A stretch of DNA of 64,000 nucleotides from an uncultured Rikenellaceae bacterium (GTDB taxonomy: Bacteria > Bacteroidota > Bacteroidia > Bacteroidales > VadinHA17): the NCBI GenBank assembly GCA_964410385.1, contig CAYPHL010000002.1:16720-80719 (forward strand), in the 5' to 3' direction. Position numbers and translations under genes: made by a program. Positions 37,326 to 45,966 of the stretch are shown piece by piece. Position 1 is the stretch's first letter, and the number at the start of each line of letters is the position of its first letter. The notes beneath the pieces were generated by a model, which ran no database searches, was not told where the DNA came from, and was given only the letters and a program-made list of their open reading frames with translations.

Positions 37326-39554
37326 GTGCAGGGTGTCGGATTCCGGCCATTTATCTACCGGATGGCAGTAAAGCACGGATTATCAGGGGAAGTTGACAAC
37401 CGGAGCGATGGAGTTTATCTTATAGTTCAGGGCGATTCCTCTGCAATAGACAGGTTTACAAACGATGTGCTCCATAACGCGCCACCTGCATCCCGTATAA
37501 AATCAATAGAAATGAGCCCTGTAAGGACAGCCGGCTATGTAGGATTTACAATAGCGGAAAGTAAAGACTTTAACAGGAATGTAACTGAGATAAGCCCTGA
37601 TATTGCGGTCTGCAGGGAATGCCTTGACGATATGGAAACCGATCCCGCCAGGATTGCTTATCCTTTCGTAAACTGCACACATTGTGGTCCCAGGTTTACA
37701 ATTATTGAAGAATTGCCCTATGACCGTCAGAAAACGACGATGAGAAGCTTTGAAATGTGTGGTAAATGCAGATCAGAATACGGGAATATGCTGGACAGAC
37801 GCTTCCATGCACAGCCTGTTGCGTGCAACTCGTGCGGACCAGCATACAGATACGAAAACAATTCAGGTGGCTGTACAGATATAAATGAAATTATTGAAAC
37901 TATTGCACTTCAGATAGATTCAGGAAAAATAGTTGCCCTTAAAGGGCTTGGAGGCTACCACCTTCTGTGCGATTCATTTAATAATAATGCTGTCCTGACT
38001 CTCAGGAAAAGGAAGCAAAGAGACTCCAAACCATTTGCAGTAATGTTCAGAGATGTTGAGACAGCTTCGGAATATTGCTTTATAGAAAAAGAGGACAAAA
38101 ATGAACTCCAGTCGTGGAGAAGACCAGTTGTAATTCTAAGACAAAAAAATGAAATGGCTCCGGCAGTAAATAATGATCTGTCCACAACAGGGGCATTAAT
38201 GCCATACATGCCATTCCATTATTTGCTGTTCAAAAAGTTAAATACCCGCGCAATTGTTTTTACCAGTGCTAATATGTCAGATGAACCGGTAATAATCGAT
38301 GACGTGATTGCCGGTAATGAACTGACCCATGTGGCAGATTCTCTGGTAAGCTACAACCGTGAAATACTTAACAGGGCTGATGACTCTGTCGTAAGGTTCA
38401 TAGATAACAGATTGACTGTGATCCGGCGTTCAAGGGGCTTTGTTCCGGGGCCCGTTGATATCAGGTTTGAAGCAGAAGGTATTCTTGCCCTGGGTGCAGA
38501 ACAAAAAAACAGTTTCTGTATCGGAAAGGGCAGACAGGCTATCCTGGGCCAGTATATCGGCGATCTTAAAAATAAGTCAACTTTAGATTTTTTCACCGGA
38601 TCGATAGAAAGATTTGGAAAATTGTTCCGTTTTAAGCCTTCATTCTTAGCCTGTGATCTTCACCCGGATTATCTTTCTTCACAATACGCAGAAAATCTTG
38701 AAGCCAGGCTCGGGATCCCTCTTCTGAAGGTGCAGCATCATCACGCACATGTTGCATCCTGTATGGCTGAGAATTGTATCGACGAAGAAGTTATCGGAGT
38801 GTGCTTTGACGGTACAGGTCTTGGAACAGACGGAACAATCTGGGGCGGAGAATTTATGATAGCAGACCTGTGTGACTTCAGAAGATATAGTCATTTTGAT
38901 GAAATACAACTTCCCGGAGGTGATAAAGTGGCAAATGAGCCATGGAGGTCTGCGTTTTCATATCTGTGGAAATATTTTGGTGATGATTTTGACTATTATA
39001 GCATCCCTGCCTTCAGGACCATCTCACAGGAAAAATTCTTAGCATTAAGGGAGATGCTTGATAAGAAAATAAATACACCGCTTTCTTCCGGTGCGGGCCG
39101 TCTGTTCGACGCAGTATCGGCTATGACAGGATTGTGTACATTTTCATCATTCGATTCGGAAGCTCCCATCAGACTTGAATCGGCAATATGTGATTTCACG
39201 GATGACATTTATCCCTTTCAGGCCGGAAAAACAGTAGTGTTCAGGGATACACTGAAAGAAATTCTGAAAGATATCCCGGAAAGATCTGTATCACTCATTT
39301 CCGCCAAATTCCATAATACAATTGCCAGGCTTATTCTTGACGTTGCCGTTCAGATACGAAGTGAAACATCTGTTAATAAAATAGTCCTTACCGGAGGGGT
39401 TTTTCAGAACAAATATCTTCTGGAAAAATCCTTATATCTTTTAAGGAAGTGTGAATTTGAAACTTTTACCAATAATTATGTACCACCAAATGACGGGGGA
39501 ATTTCACTTGGCCAGCTGGTGATTGCATCAAAAAAGCGTGAAATATGTGCCTGA
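37326..39554 (+). CDS. hypF: [NiFe]-hydrogenase maturation carbamoyltransferase HypF (start uncertain, see findings)
   Basis: Acylphosphatase signature VQGVGFRPF, two Zn-finger pairs (CRECLDD...CTHCGPR; CGKCRSEY...CNSCGP), then YrdC-like and Kae1-like domains. Confidence 0.9.
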   Translation: MQGVGFRPFIYRMAVKHGLSGEVDNRSDGVYLIVQGDSSAIDRFTNDVLHNAPPASRIKSIEMSPVRTAGYVGFTIAESKDFNRNVTEISPDIAVCRECLDDMETDPARIAYPFVNCTHCGPRFTIIEELPYDRQKTTMRSFEMCGKCRSEYGNMLDRRFHAQPVACNSCGPAYRYENNSGGCTDINEIIETIALQIDSGKIVALKGLGGYHLLCDSFNNNAVLTLRKRKQRDSKPFAVMFRDVETASEYCFIEKEDKNELQSWRRPVVILRQKNEMAPAVNNDLSTTGALMPYMPFHYLLFKKLNTRAIVFTSANMSDEPVIIDDVIAGNELTHVADSLVSYNREILNRADDSVVRFIDNRLTVIRRSRGFVPGPVDIRFEAEGILALGAEQKNSFCIGKGRQAILGQYIGDLKNKSTLDFFTGSIERFGKLFRFKPSFLACDLHPDYLSSQYAENLEARLGIPLLKVQHHHAHVASCMAENCIDEEVIGVCFDGTGLGTDGTIWGGEFMIADLCDFRRYSHFDEIQLPGGDKVANEPWRSAFSYLWKYFGDDFDYYSIPAFRTISQEKFLALREMLDKKINTPLSSGAGRLFDAVSAMTGLCTFSSFDSEAPIRLESAICDFTDDIYPFQAGKTVVFRDTLKEILKDIPERSVSLISAKFHNTIARLILDVAVQIRSETSVNKIVLTGGVFQNKYLLEKSLYLLRKCEFETFTNNYVPPNDGGISLGQLVIASKKREICA

Positions 39555-39775
39555 GTATCCCTGCCAGAATAATTTCGATTGACGGAAGCATGGCAGAGGT
39601 ATCTGCCGGCGGGACGGTTTTTAAGGCCGGACTCCAGATGGTCGAAGATGTGATTGTCGGAGACTACATTCTGCTTCATGCCGGATTCGCAATTCAGAAG
39701 ATCAGCGAAGAAGAGGCTTCTGAAACAATGAAGCTGCTGAAAGAGATGGAAGACGCCATGAACGATACAGAATGA
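39545..39775 (+). CDS. hypC: hydrogenase assembly chaperone HypC/HupF
   Basis: MCLSIPARI N-terminus with the essential Cys2. 76 aa. Confidence 0.9.
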   Translation: MCLSIPARIISIDGSMAEVSAGGTVFKAGLQMVEDVIVGDYILLHAGFAIQKISEEEASETMKLLKEMEDAMNDTE

Positions 39776-40857
39776 AATATATCGACGAATACAGGGACAG
39801 GGATCTGATAATGAAGCTTGCCGCTCAGATAAGAAGATCGGTAAAAGGGACATATACTTTCATGGAGGTTTGCGGGGGTCATACAGCTGCCATTCAAAGG
39901 TTTGGCATTACGTCACTTCTCCCTGAAGAGGTGAAGCTTATTTCCGGTCCCGGCTGTCCGGTATGCGTGACTGAAAAAGATTTCATCGACAAGGCAATAG
40001 AGTATTCTTTGAAAAAGGATGTTATTCTGACTACTTTCGGCGATCTGATGAGGGTTCCGGGTTCGCTCACTTCACTTGAGAAAATGAAATCTTCAGGTGC
40101 TGATATCAGGATAGTTTTTTCAGGGCTGGATGCTCTTAAAACAGCCCGGATTAATCCTGATAAGAAGGTCATTTTCCTCGGTATAGGCTTTGAAACAACA
40201 GCTCCGGGCACAGCTGTTACTATAAAAAGTGCTGTGATGGAAAAAGTCAGCAATTTCTTTGTTCTCAGCTCACATAAGATAATGCCTCCTGCTATGGAAG
40301 CAATTCTTAAAGACGGAACTGCCGTTGACGGATTTATCTGCCCCGGTCATGTTGCAGTTGTTACAGGTTCATCAGCCTTTGATTTCATTCCGGAAAAATT
40401 TTCCAGGGGATGTGTTGTTACCGGATTTGAACCGACAGATATACTACTGGGTATATATATGCTTATACAACAGGTAAATAATAATGATCCGTCTGTGGAG
40501 ATCCAGTATAAAAGGGCTGTTACAAGAAATGGGAATCCTATGGCAAAAAGCGTAATGCAGGCTGTTTTTGAAAAATGTGATGCTTCCTGGAGAGGATTTG
40601 GTTCAATACCCTTAAGCGGTCTTGTCCCTGGAAAAGATTACCGGAGATTTGATGCTGAATATCAAATGCCTGTGACGGTAAATTCACTTCCTGATGATGA
40701 ATTATGTATGTGCGGCGATATTCTGAGAGGGTGGAAAACACCTGAAGAATGTCCTCTTTTCAGCAGAACATGTAATCCATTGAATCCGGTTGGTGCATGC
40801 ATGGTTTCGAATGAAGGATCATGCAATACATGGTATAAATACAAACTGGCAAAATGA
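39772..40857 (+). CDS. hypD: hydrogenase formation protein HypD
   Basis: MEVCGGHT, GPGCPVCV and FETTAP motifs. Confidence 0.95.
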   Translation: MKYIDEYRDRDLIMKLAAQIRRSVKGTYTFMEVCGGHTAAIQRFGITSLLPEEVKLISGPGCPVCVTEKDFIDKAIEYSLKKDVILTTFGDLMRVPGSLTSLEKMKSSGADIRIVFSGLDALKTARINPDKKVIFLGIGFETTAPGTAVTIKSAVMEKVSNFFVLSSHKIMPPAMEAILKDGTAVDGFICPGHVAVVTGSSAFDFIPEKFSRGCVVTGFEPTDILLGIYMLIQQVNNNDPSVEIQYKRAVTRNGNPMAKSVMQAVFEKCDASWRGFGSIPLSGLVPGKDYRRFDAEYQMPVTVNSLPDDELCMCGDILRGWKTPEECPLFSRTCNPLNPVGACMVSNEGSCNTWYKYKLAK

Positions 40858-41861
40858 AAGATATAATAACCCTCGGTCATGGCAGCGGAGGGAAACAGAT
40901 GCATGATCTTATAAAAGAAATTTTTACAGGAAGCTTTGGTATGCCTGAGCCTCTTACTGATTCGGCAATACTCGATTTCACCGGGAATAAACTTGCATTT
41001 ACAACTGACTCCTATGTGGTTGATCCTTTGTTTTTCCCGGGCGGGAATATTGGTAAGCTTGCAGTATGTGGTACTGTCAATGATCTGGCGGTATCGGGCG
41101 CCAGACCATTATATCTTTCAGCATCTTTTATAATTGAGGAAGGATTTCCTTTCGCTAAACTATCAGAAATTGCCGCTTCAATGGCAGAGGAGGCTCATAA
41201 TGCTGGAATAAAGATCGTTACCGGAGATACGAAGGTTGTTGAAAAAGGCAAGTGCGACGGGTTGTTCATAACCACTTCCGGCGCAGGAGCTATACTTCCC
41301 CGAAGAGAACATATTAGTTCAGGCAACAGGATCCGCCCGGGAGATAGGCTGATTATTAACGGACCTCTGGGAAATCACTCAATAGCCGTCCTTGGGGCAA
41401 GAAAAGAACTCAGTTTTACAACAAACGTGGTTTCGGATTGTGCAGTTTTGAATCACCTTCTCGAATCGGTCTGTAACGCCTGTGATGAGATACATTTTAT
41501 GCGCGATGTTACAAGGGGCGGACTGGCTGCTGTATTGAACGAGATTGCCGGAATTACGGGAATGGGCATGTCAGTAGATGAACCATCAGTGCCGGTTGAC
41601 GACCCGGTGAGAGGAGCATGCGAAATGCTTGGCTTTGATCCTCTTTACCTGGCAAATGAAGGTAAGGTGCTGATAATAGCCGGTGCAGGATCAGAAGACA
41701 AAATTCTCGGGATAATGCGCTCTGATCCGGCCGGAACACGCTCGGAAATAATCGGAGAAGTATTAAGCATTGAAAAAAACCATGTTATTCTGAATACTGT
41801 CACAGGAGGAAAGAGAATAATCGATATGCCAACCGGTTTACAGCTTCCAAGGATATGTTAA
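40854..41861 (+). CDS. hypE: hydrogenase expression/formation protein HypE
   Basis: PurM-like fold with the C-terminal PRIC motif. Confidence 0.95.
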   Translation: MKDIITLGHGSGGKQMHDLIKEIFTGSFGMPEPLTDSAILDFTGNKLAFTTDSYVVDPLFFPGGNIGKLAVCGTVNDLAVSGARPLYLSASFIIEEGFPFAKLSEIAASMAEEAHNAGIKIVTGDTKVVEKGKCDGLFITTSGAGAILPRREHISSGNRIRPGDRLIINGPLGNHSIAVLGARKELSFTTNVVSDCAVLNHLLESVCNACDEIHFMRDVTRGGLAAVLNEIAGITGMGMSVDEPSVPVDDPVRGACEMLGFDPLYLANEGKVLIIAGAGSEDKILGIMRSDPAGTRSEIIGEVLSIEKNHVILNTVTGGKRIIDMPTGLQLPRIC

Positions 41862-41884
41862 GATGAATTGTTAGCAGCTGATTT

Positions 41885-42616
41885 TCAGAACTTAAATCCG
41901 AATTTGATTTCAAGCCTGTTATAGTTGTCCTTAAAAGTGTAATCGTAATAATCATTGTTATTCCAGGTCTTTTGCACATAACTTGTTGAGGTATGGCGGT
42001 AGGCAAAGCTCAGATAGGGCTCCACGTCTTCTTTTGCCCAGGAAATACCTGTTCCGAAGGTTATTGACGGCCCCCCTTTAAAATTCTTCTTATCATACTC
42101 CCCATTATAGGTATCAATATCATCTGGTCCAAGGTGTAATATTCCGCCGGCCCGCACAAAAACAAACGGACAGACCCTGGTTGCCTTTAACAAATATTTA
42201 TATTCCGCGAACAGAGGCGTATAAGGAGCTCCAAGAAATTCCACACCCGATCCTCCGCTGAATATATTCCTGGTATTCAGCGTATAATTGACCATTACGT
42301 TGAAGCTGAATGGTGCAGGATAATGTGAGATCTGGGATCCGATAAGAAAACCAGCTTCAAGCGCTATGCCGAATCCTTCTGATTTTCTGCCTGTAACATA
42401 TGGAACCTCCTTGACAAACTTTTCTACATCACTGATCGGATATATGAAAAGACTCCCGTCAGAAGCCTGGATTTTATACTGGTTATCGCTTATCTCTAAA
42501 AGCTTCCCGTAAATAACACTACCGTTCCTGAGGTATAGTGCATCTTTCTTTTTTTGCGCGACAAGCGGTAATGGCATAATAGTCAGTATCATGGCAAGAA
42601 TAAAGAATTTTTTCAT
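41885..42616 (-). CDS. outer-membrane beta-barrel protein (hypothetical)
   Basis: Signal peptide, alternating-hydrophobicity strands, and a C-terminal ...KFGFKF ending in Phe. Confidence 0.6.
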   Translation of the reverse strand: MKKFFILAMILTIMPLPLVAQKKKDALYLRNGSVIYGKLLEISDNQYKIQASDGSLFIYPISDVEKFVKEVPYVTGRKSEGFGIALEAGFLIGSQISHYPAPFSFNVMVNYTLNTRNIFSGGSGVEFLGAPYTPLFAEYKYLLKATRVCPFVFVRAGGILHLGPDDIDTYNGEYDKKNFKGGPSITFGTGISWAKEDVEPYLSFAYRHTSTSYVQKTWNNNDYYDYTFKDNYNRLEIKFGFKF

Positions 42617-42688
42617 GGTAAGGTTTTATTTAGGTTAAAAAGTTTAGCATGATTTTTGATTTAATATAAACGGCTAAACCTAATCCTT

Positions 42689-43969
42689 ATGAAAGCAAAA
42701 ATCATTCCAATTATTGGCGTACTGACAATGGGGATCTTCCTTTTTAATTCCTGTGAAGATTCAACATATCGCATTTACACAGGAAATTCGCCTGTCTATA
42801 TGTCTTATGAAAACCTCAGAAAGGCGGTTAAGGTAGAGCAGAACGCAGAGCTTGAAAATCCCGGCAAGATCTATTTCAAGGACAATTATATATTCATTGT
42901 GGAAGAACTTAAAGGGATACATGTATATGATAACAGTAATCCTGCATCTCCTGTCAGAAAGGCATTTGTGAACCTTCCGGGAGTAGTGGATATTTCAATT
43001 TCGGGGTATATTATGTATGCCGATTCATTTGTTGACCTTGTTGTTCTTGATGTCCAGGATGTTAACAATATCCATGAAGCGGGAAGGATTAAAGATATTC
43101 TTCCATATACCGTACCTCCGGCCAATAATGATTATCCTTTAGCTTTTGTTGATGAGGATAAAGGTGTCGTAATTGACTGGGAGGTTGAGAAAATAAAAGA
43201 GAAAGTAAATCAGAACCGGAATCCCTATCCCATATTCTGGCTGAAGGCAGATTTTGCTGCGATGTCCAATTCATCAGGCAACTCTTCGGGAGTAAGCGGT
43301 GGTGGTGTAGGAGTAGGTGGTTCAATGGCAAGATTCGGGATAAAGGAAAATGTCCTTTATGTACTTGACCAGAATACATTAAAGGTATTTGATATTACAA
43401 ATAAGACCAGTCCCGTAAAACATAACGACCTTTATCCCGGATGGGGTGTGGAAACCATGTATCTTACAGAAAACACAATGTTCCTGGGAACAACAACAGG
43501 TATGGTCATTTTTGATATAAGTATTCCTCTTTCTCCACAGACCCGAAAATTCTTTTCACATGCCAGGAGCTGTGATCCGGTAATTGTTGATGATACGCTT
43601 GCATATATTACACTGAGAACAGGAACAACCTGCGGAGGCTCGACGAATACATTGAGTGTTGTAAATGTAAAGAACATTAATTCTCCTTCACTTGTAGCTA
43701 CCTATTCAATGACAAACCCTCACGGGCTGGGTAAGGACGGGGACCTTCTTTTTATTTGCGATGGCAATGCCGGACTAAAGATTTACGACGCTTCTGATCC
43801 GAAGACGATAAATAATCACCTTGTTTATACCTATCCCAATATCAATACCTATGACGTTATACCTCTGGGAAATGTCCTTGTCCTGATAGGTGATGACGGT
43901 TTATATCAGTATGATTATTCGAATGTACTGAATATACGGCTGATCAGTTCAATTCTGACGGAAGACTAG
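42689..43969 (+). CDS. LVIVD-repeat-like beta-propeller lipoprotein
   Basis: Lipobox LFNSC. Repeated motifs of the type YVLD...LKVFDI, GMVIFDIS and AGLKIYDASDP. Confidence 0.6.
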   Translation: MKAKIIPIIGVLTMGIFLFNSCEDSTYRIYTGNSPVYMSYENLRKAVKVEQNAELENPGKIYFKDNYIFIVEELKGIHVYDNSNPASPVRKAFVNLPGVVDISISGYIMYADSFVDLVVLDVQDVNNIHEAGRIKDILPYTVPPANNDYPLAFVDEDKGVVIDWEVEKIKEKVNQNRNPYPIFWLKADFAAMSNSSGNSSGVSGGGVGVGGSMARFGIKENVLYVLDQNTLKVFDITNKTSPVKHNDLYPGWGVETMYLTENTMFLGTTTGMVIFDISIPLSPQTRKFFSHARSCDPVIVDDTLAYITLRTGTTCGGSTNTLSVVNVKNINSPSLVATYSMTNPHGLGKDGDLLFICDGNAGLKIYDASDPKTINNHLVYTYPNINTYDVIPLGNVLVLIGDDGLYQYDYSNVLNIRLISSILTED

Positions 43970-44019
43970 GATGGTAGTATGGTCGTGCGGTCATGCGGTC
44001 GTGCAGTCGTGCGGTCTGG
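43969..44019. repeat. 8-bp tandem array (NNTGNGGT / GGTCGTGC units, about 6)
   Basis: aggatggt agtatggt cgtgcggt catgcggt cgtgcagt cgtgcggt. Starts at the last base of the TAG stop (43967-43969). Confidence 0.85.
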
Positions 44020-44057
44020 TTAAAAATTGTTAAAAAAATAATTGTTAATAATTTCTG

Positions 44058-44168
44058 CCGTTGCCCCCCCTGTACCGTTGCGCCCCTGTACCATTGTACC
44101 ATTGCGCCCCTGTGCCATTGCGCCCTTGCGCCGCTGTACCATTGAGCCATTGCGCCGCTGTGCCATTG
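44058..44168. repeat. 8-bp tandem array (CCNNTGNN units, about 14), same unit type as 2873-2970
   Basis: ccgttgcg cccctgta ccattgta ccattgcg cccctgtg ccattgcg cccttgcg ccgctgta ccattgag ccattgcg ccgctgtg ccattg. Confidence 0.9.
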
Positions 44169-44224
44169 TTTATTTTAATTCTAAATTATCAACAAATAGA
44201 GTTACTCAGTTTTTTTTTAGTCTA

Positions 44225-44242
44225 TTGTTATTAATTTCACAG
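44225..44242. promoter_or_regulatory. weaker Rex-box-like site (TTGTTATTAATTTCACAG) upstream of the [FeFe]-hydrogenase operon
   Basis: 11 of 14 consensus positions, but one mismatch falls in the left core (TTGTTA vs TTGTGA). Lies 63-80 nt upstream of the ATG at 44305. Confidence 0.35.
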
Positions 44243-44304
44243 CGCCCAAAAAAAAAGGGAAACTGTAAAACAAAATTATATTAACTAATAAAAACCGACT
44301 TAAA

Positions 44305-44772
44305 ATGTATCAATTGGGAAATCTAGTAAAGGAATTATCCGACAAGCATGGCCGGGCCAGGGATAGTCTTATCCCTATTCTGCAGGGTATTGTTGAAAGG
44401 CATAATTACCTTACCGACGAGGCAATGGTTGAAGTTGCGAAAGAGCTGGATATATCGGCAGCTGAAGTTTACGGAACGGCCTCATTCTATACCTTTCTCG
44501 ATACAACCGTGAGAGGTAAATATGTCATCAGGGTCTGTAAAACTATAACCTGTTCAATGAAGGGTAAAAGTGAAATTATTGAAACCCTCGAAGATATGCT
44601 TAAGATAAAGGTGGGAGAGACTACTTCTGATCGTCAGTTCAGTCTGATTGAAACCAACTGTATTGGCTGGTGCCATAAGGCTCCGGCAATTCTGATAAAT
44701 GAAATGCCTTATACCGAGCTTACACCGGAAAAGGTTGTTGAGATCATTAAGGGTTATATGCAAAAAAGATAA
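44305..44772 (+). CDS. NuoE/HydC/HndA-like [2Fe-2S] thioredoxin-like ferredoxin subunit
   Basis: 155 aa. Cluster Cys pattern VCKTITC...CIGWCHKAP. Confidence 0.85.
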   Translation: MYQLGNLVKELSDKHGRARDSLIPILQGIVERHNYLTDEAMVEVAKELDISAAEVYGTASFYTFLDTTVRGKYVIRVCKTITCSMKGKSEIIETLEDMLKIKVGETTSDRQFSLIETNCIGWCHKAPAILINEMPYTELTPEKVVEIIKGYMQKR

Positions 44773-44784
44773 CACTGAGGTATT

Positions 44785-45945
44785 ATGGAAAAAAGAGGAC
44801 TGAATAAAGTAGATCTGATCTTTGAAAAAATAGATCCGAGAGAAGTACTTACGATAGCTTTTAAGATGTCTCCTGCCGATATTATTCAGCAGGTGCTTGA
44901 TTCAGGACTGAAGGGACGCGGCGGTGCCGGATTCCCTACAGGGCTGAAATGGAAATATACCGCAGCGGTCAAAGAGCCTGATAAGTATGTTGTATGCAAT
45001 GCAGATGAAGGTGAGCCAGGGACCTTCAAAGATCGCGAGATTCTGGACCGGGTTGCTTACAAGGTTTATGGAGGCATGGCAATAGCAGCAAGGGCGATAG
45101 GAGCAAAGAAGGGTATTGTTTACCTGCGTGGTGAATATAAATTCCTTCTGCCTCAGCTGATGACGGAACTGGAAAAATTCCACAAGCTTGTAAAGGAAAT
45201 CGGATATGATTTCAGGATAAATTTCTGTATGGGGAGTGGAGCATATATCTGCGGTGAGGAAAGTGCACTTTTTGAATCTGTTGAAGGTGGACGGGGTGAA
45301 CCTCGTAATAAACCTCCTTACCCGACAACATCAGGGGTATTCGGCAAGCCGACTTCCATAAATAATGTTGAGACCCTGGTTACATCAATGATGATCATTA
45401 AACATGGTCCTGAATCATACAGCCAGCTTGGTACAAAAGACTCAAGGGGTTCAAAAGTGTTCTCCATATCCGGAGATACTCCGACCCCGGGGATCTTTGA
45501 ACTTGAACTTGGCATGTCGGTACATGAATTCGTCAATGAGTTCGGCGATGGTGATACAAAAGCTGTACAGGTTGGCGGCGCCTCAGGTTTCTGTGTCCCG
45601 AGAAAAAGATTTGATCAGACAGTAATAGGATTTGAAGGCGTTCCCACGGGAGGATCGATGAAGTTATTCAACAGCTCAAGATCAATGTATAACGTTCTTC
45701 ATAATTACCTGGATTTCTTCGCGGAAGAATCGTGCGGACAATGTACCCCTTGCCGGGTCGGTTGCCAGCAACTGCTCAAAGGTGTTGAGAAGGTCAAAAA
45801 AGGAGAAGTAAAATCGACTTATCTTAATGAACTGGTCAAGCTCGCCGATACTATGAAAGTAGCTTCAAAATGCGGACTCGGCCAATCAGTGGGCAATGCA
45901 TTCAAGACAATTGTTGAGAACTTCAGGGAAGAGATCATCTATTAA
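44785..45945 (+). CDS. NuoF/HydB-like NADH- and FMN-binding subunit, minimal form without extra Fe-S domains
   Basis: GLKGRGGAGFPTGLKW, CNADEGEPGTFKDR, and the N3 cluster motif ESCGQCTPCRVG with the fourth Cys in ASKCGLGQ. Only 386 aa. Confidence 0.9.
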   Translation: MEKRGLNKVDLIFEKIDPREVLTIAFKMSPADIIQQVLDSGLKGRGGAGFPTGLKWKYTAAVKEPDKYVVCNADEGEPGTFKDREILDRVAYKVYGGMAIAARAIGAKKGIVYLRGEYKFLLPQLMTELEKFHKLVKEIGYDFRINFCMGSGAYICGEESALFESVEGGRGEPRNKPPYPTTSGVFGKPTSINNVETLVTSMMIIKHGPESYSQLGTKDSRGSKVFSISGDTPTPGIFELELGMSVHEFVNEFGDGDTKAVQVGGASGFCVPRKRFDQTVIGFEGVPTGGSMKLFNSSRSMYNVLHNYLDFFAEESCGQCTPCRVGCQQLLKGVEKVKKGEVKSTYLNELVKLADTMKVASKCGLGQSVGNAFKTIVENFREEIIY

Positions 45946-45966
45946 TTACTAAATCATAGCGAAATA

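Noticed and set aside
36631-41861. Absence of hypA and hypB from the rex-hypFCDE cluster as a sign of an incomplete maturation pathway
   Set aside because: hypAB are often encoded elsewhere in the genome. Absence from a 64-kb window says nothing about the whole genome.
42642-42679. Inverted repeat GTTTAGC ... GCTAAAC (with outer TTAGG/CCTAA) in the divergent promoter region between the OMP and LVIVD genes
   Set aside because: The arms are only 7 bp, AT-rich, and separated by a 24-nt loop. This is within chance expectation for an AT-rich intergenic region.
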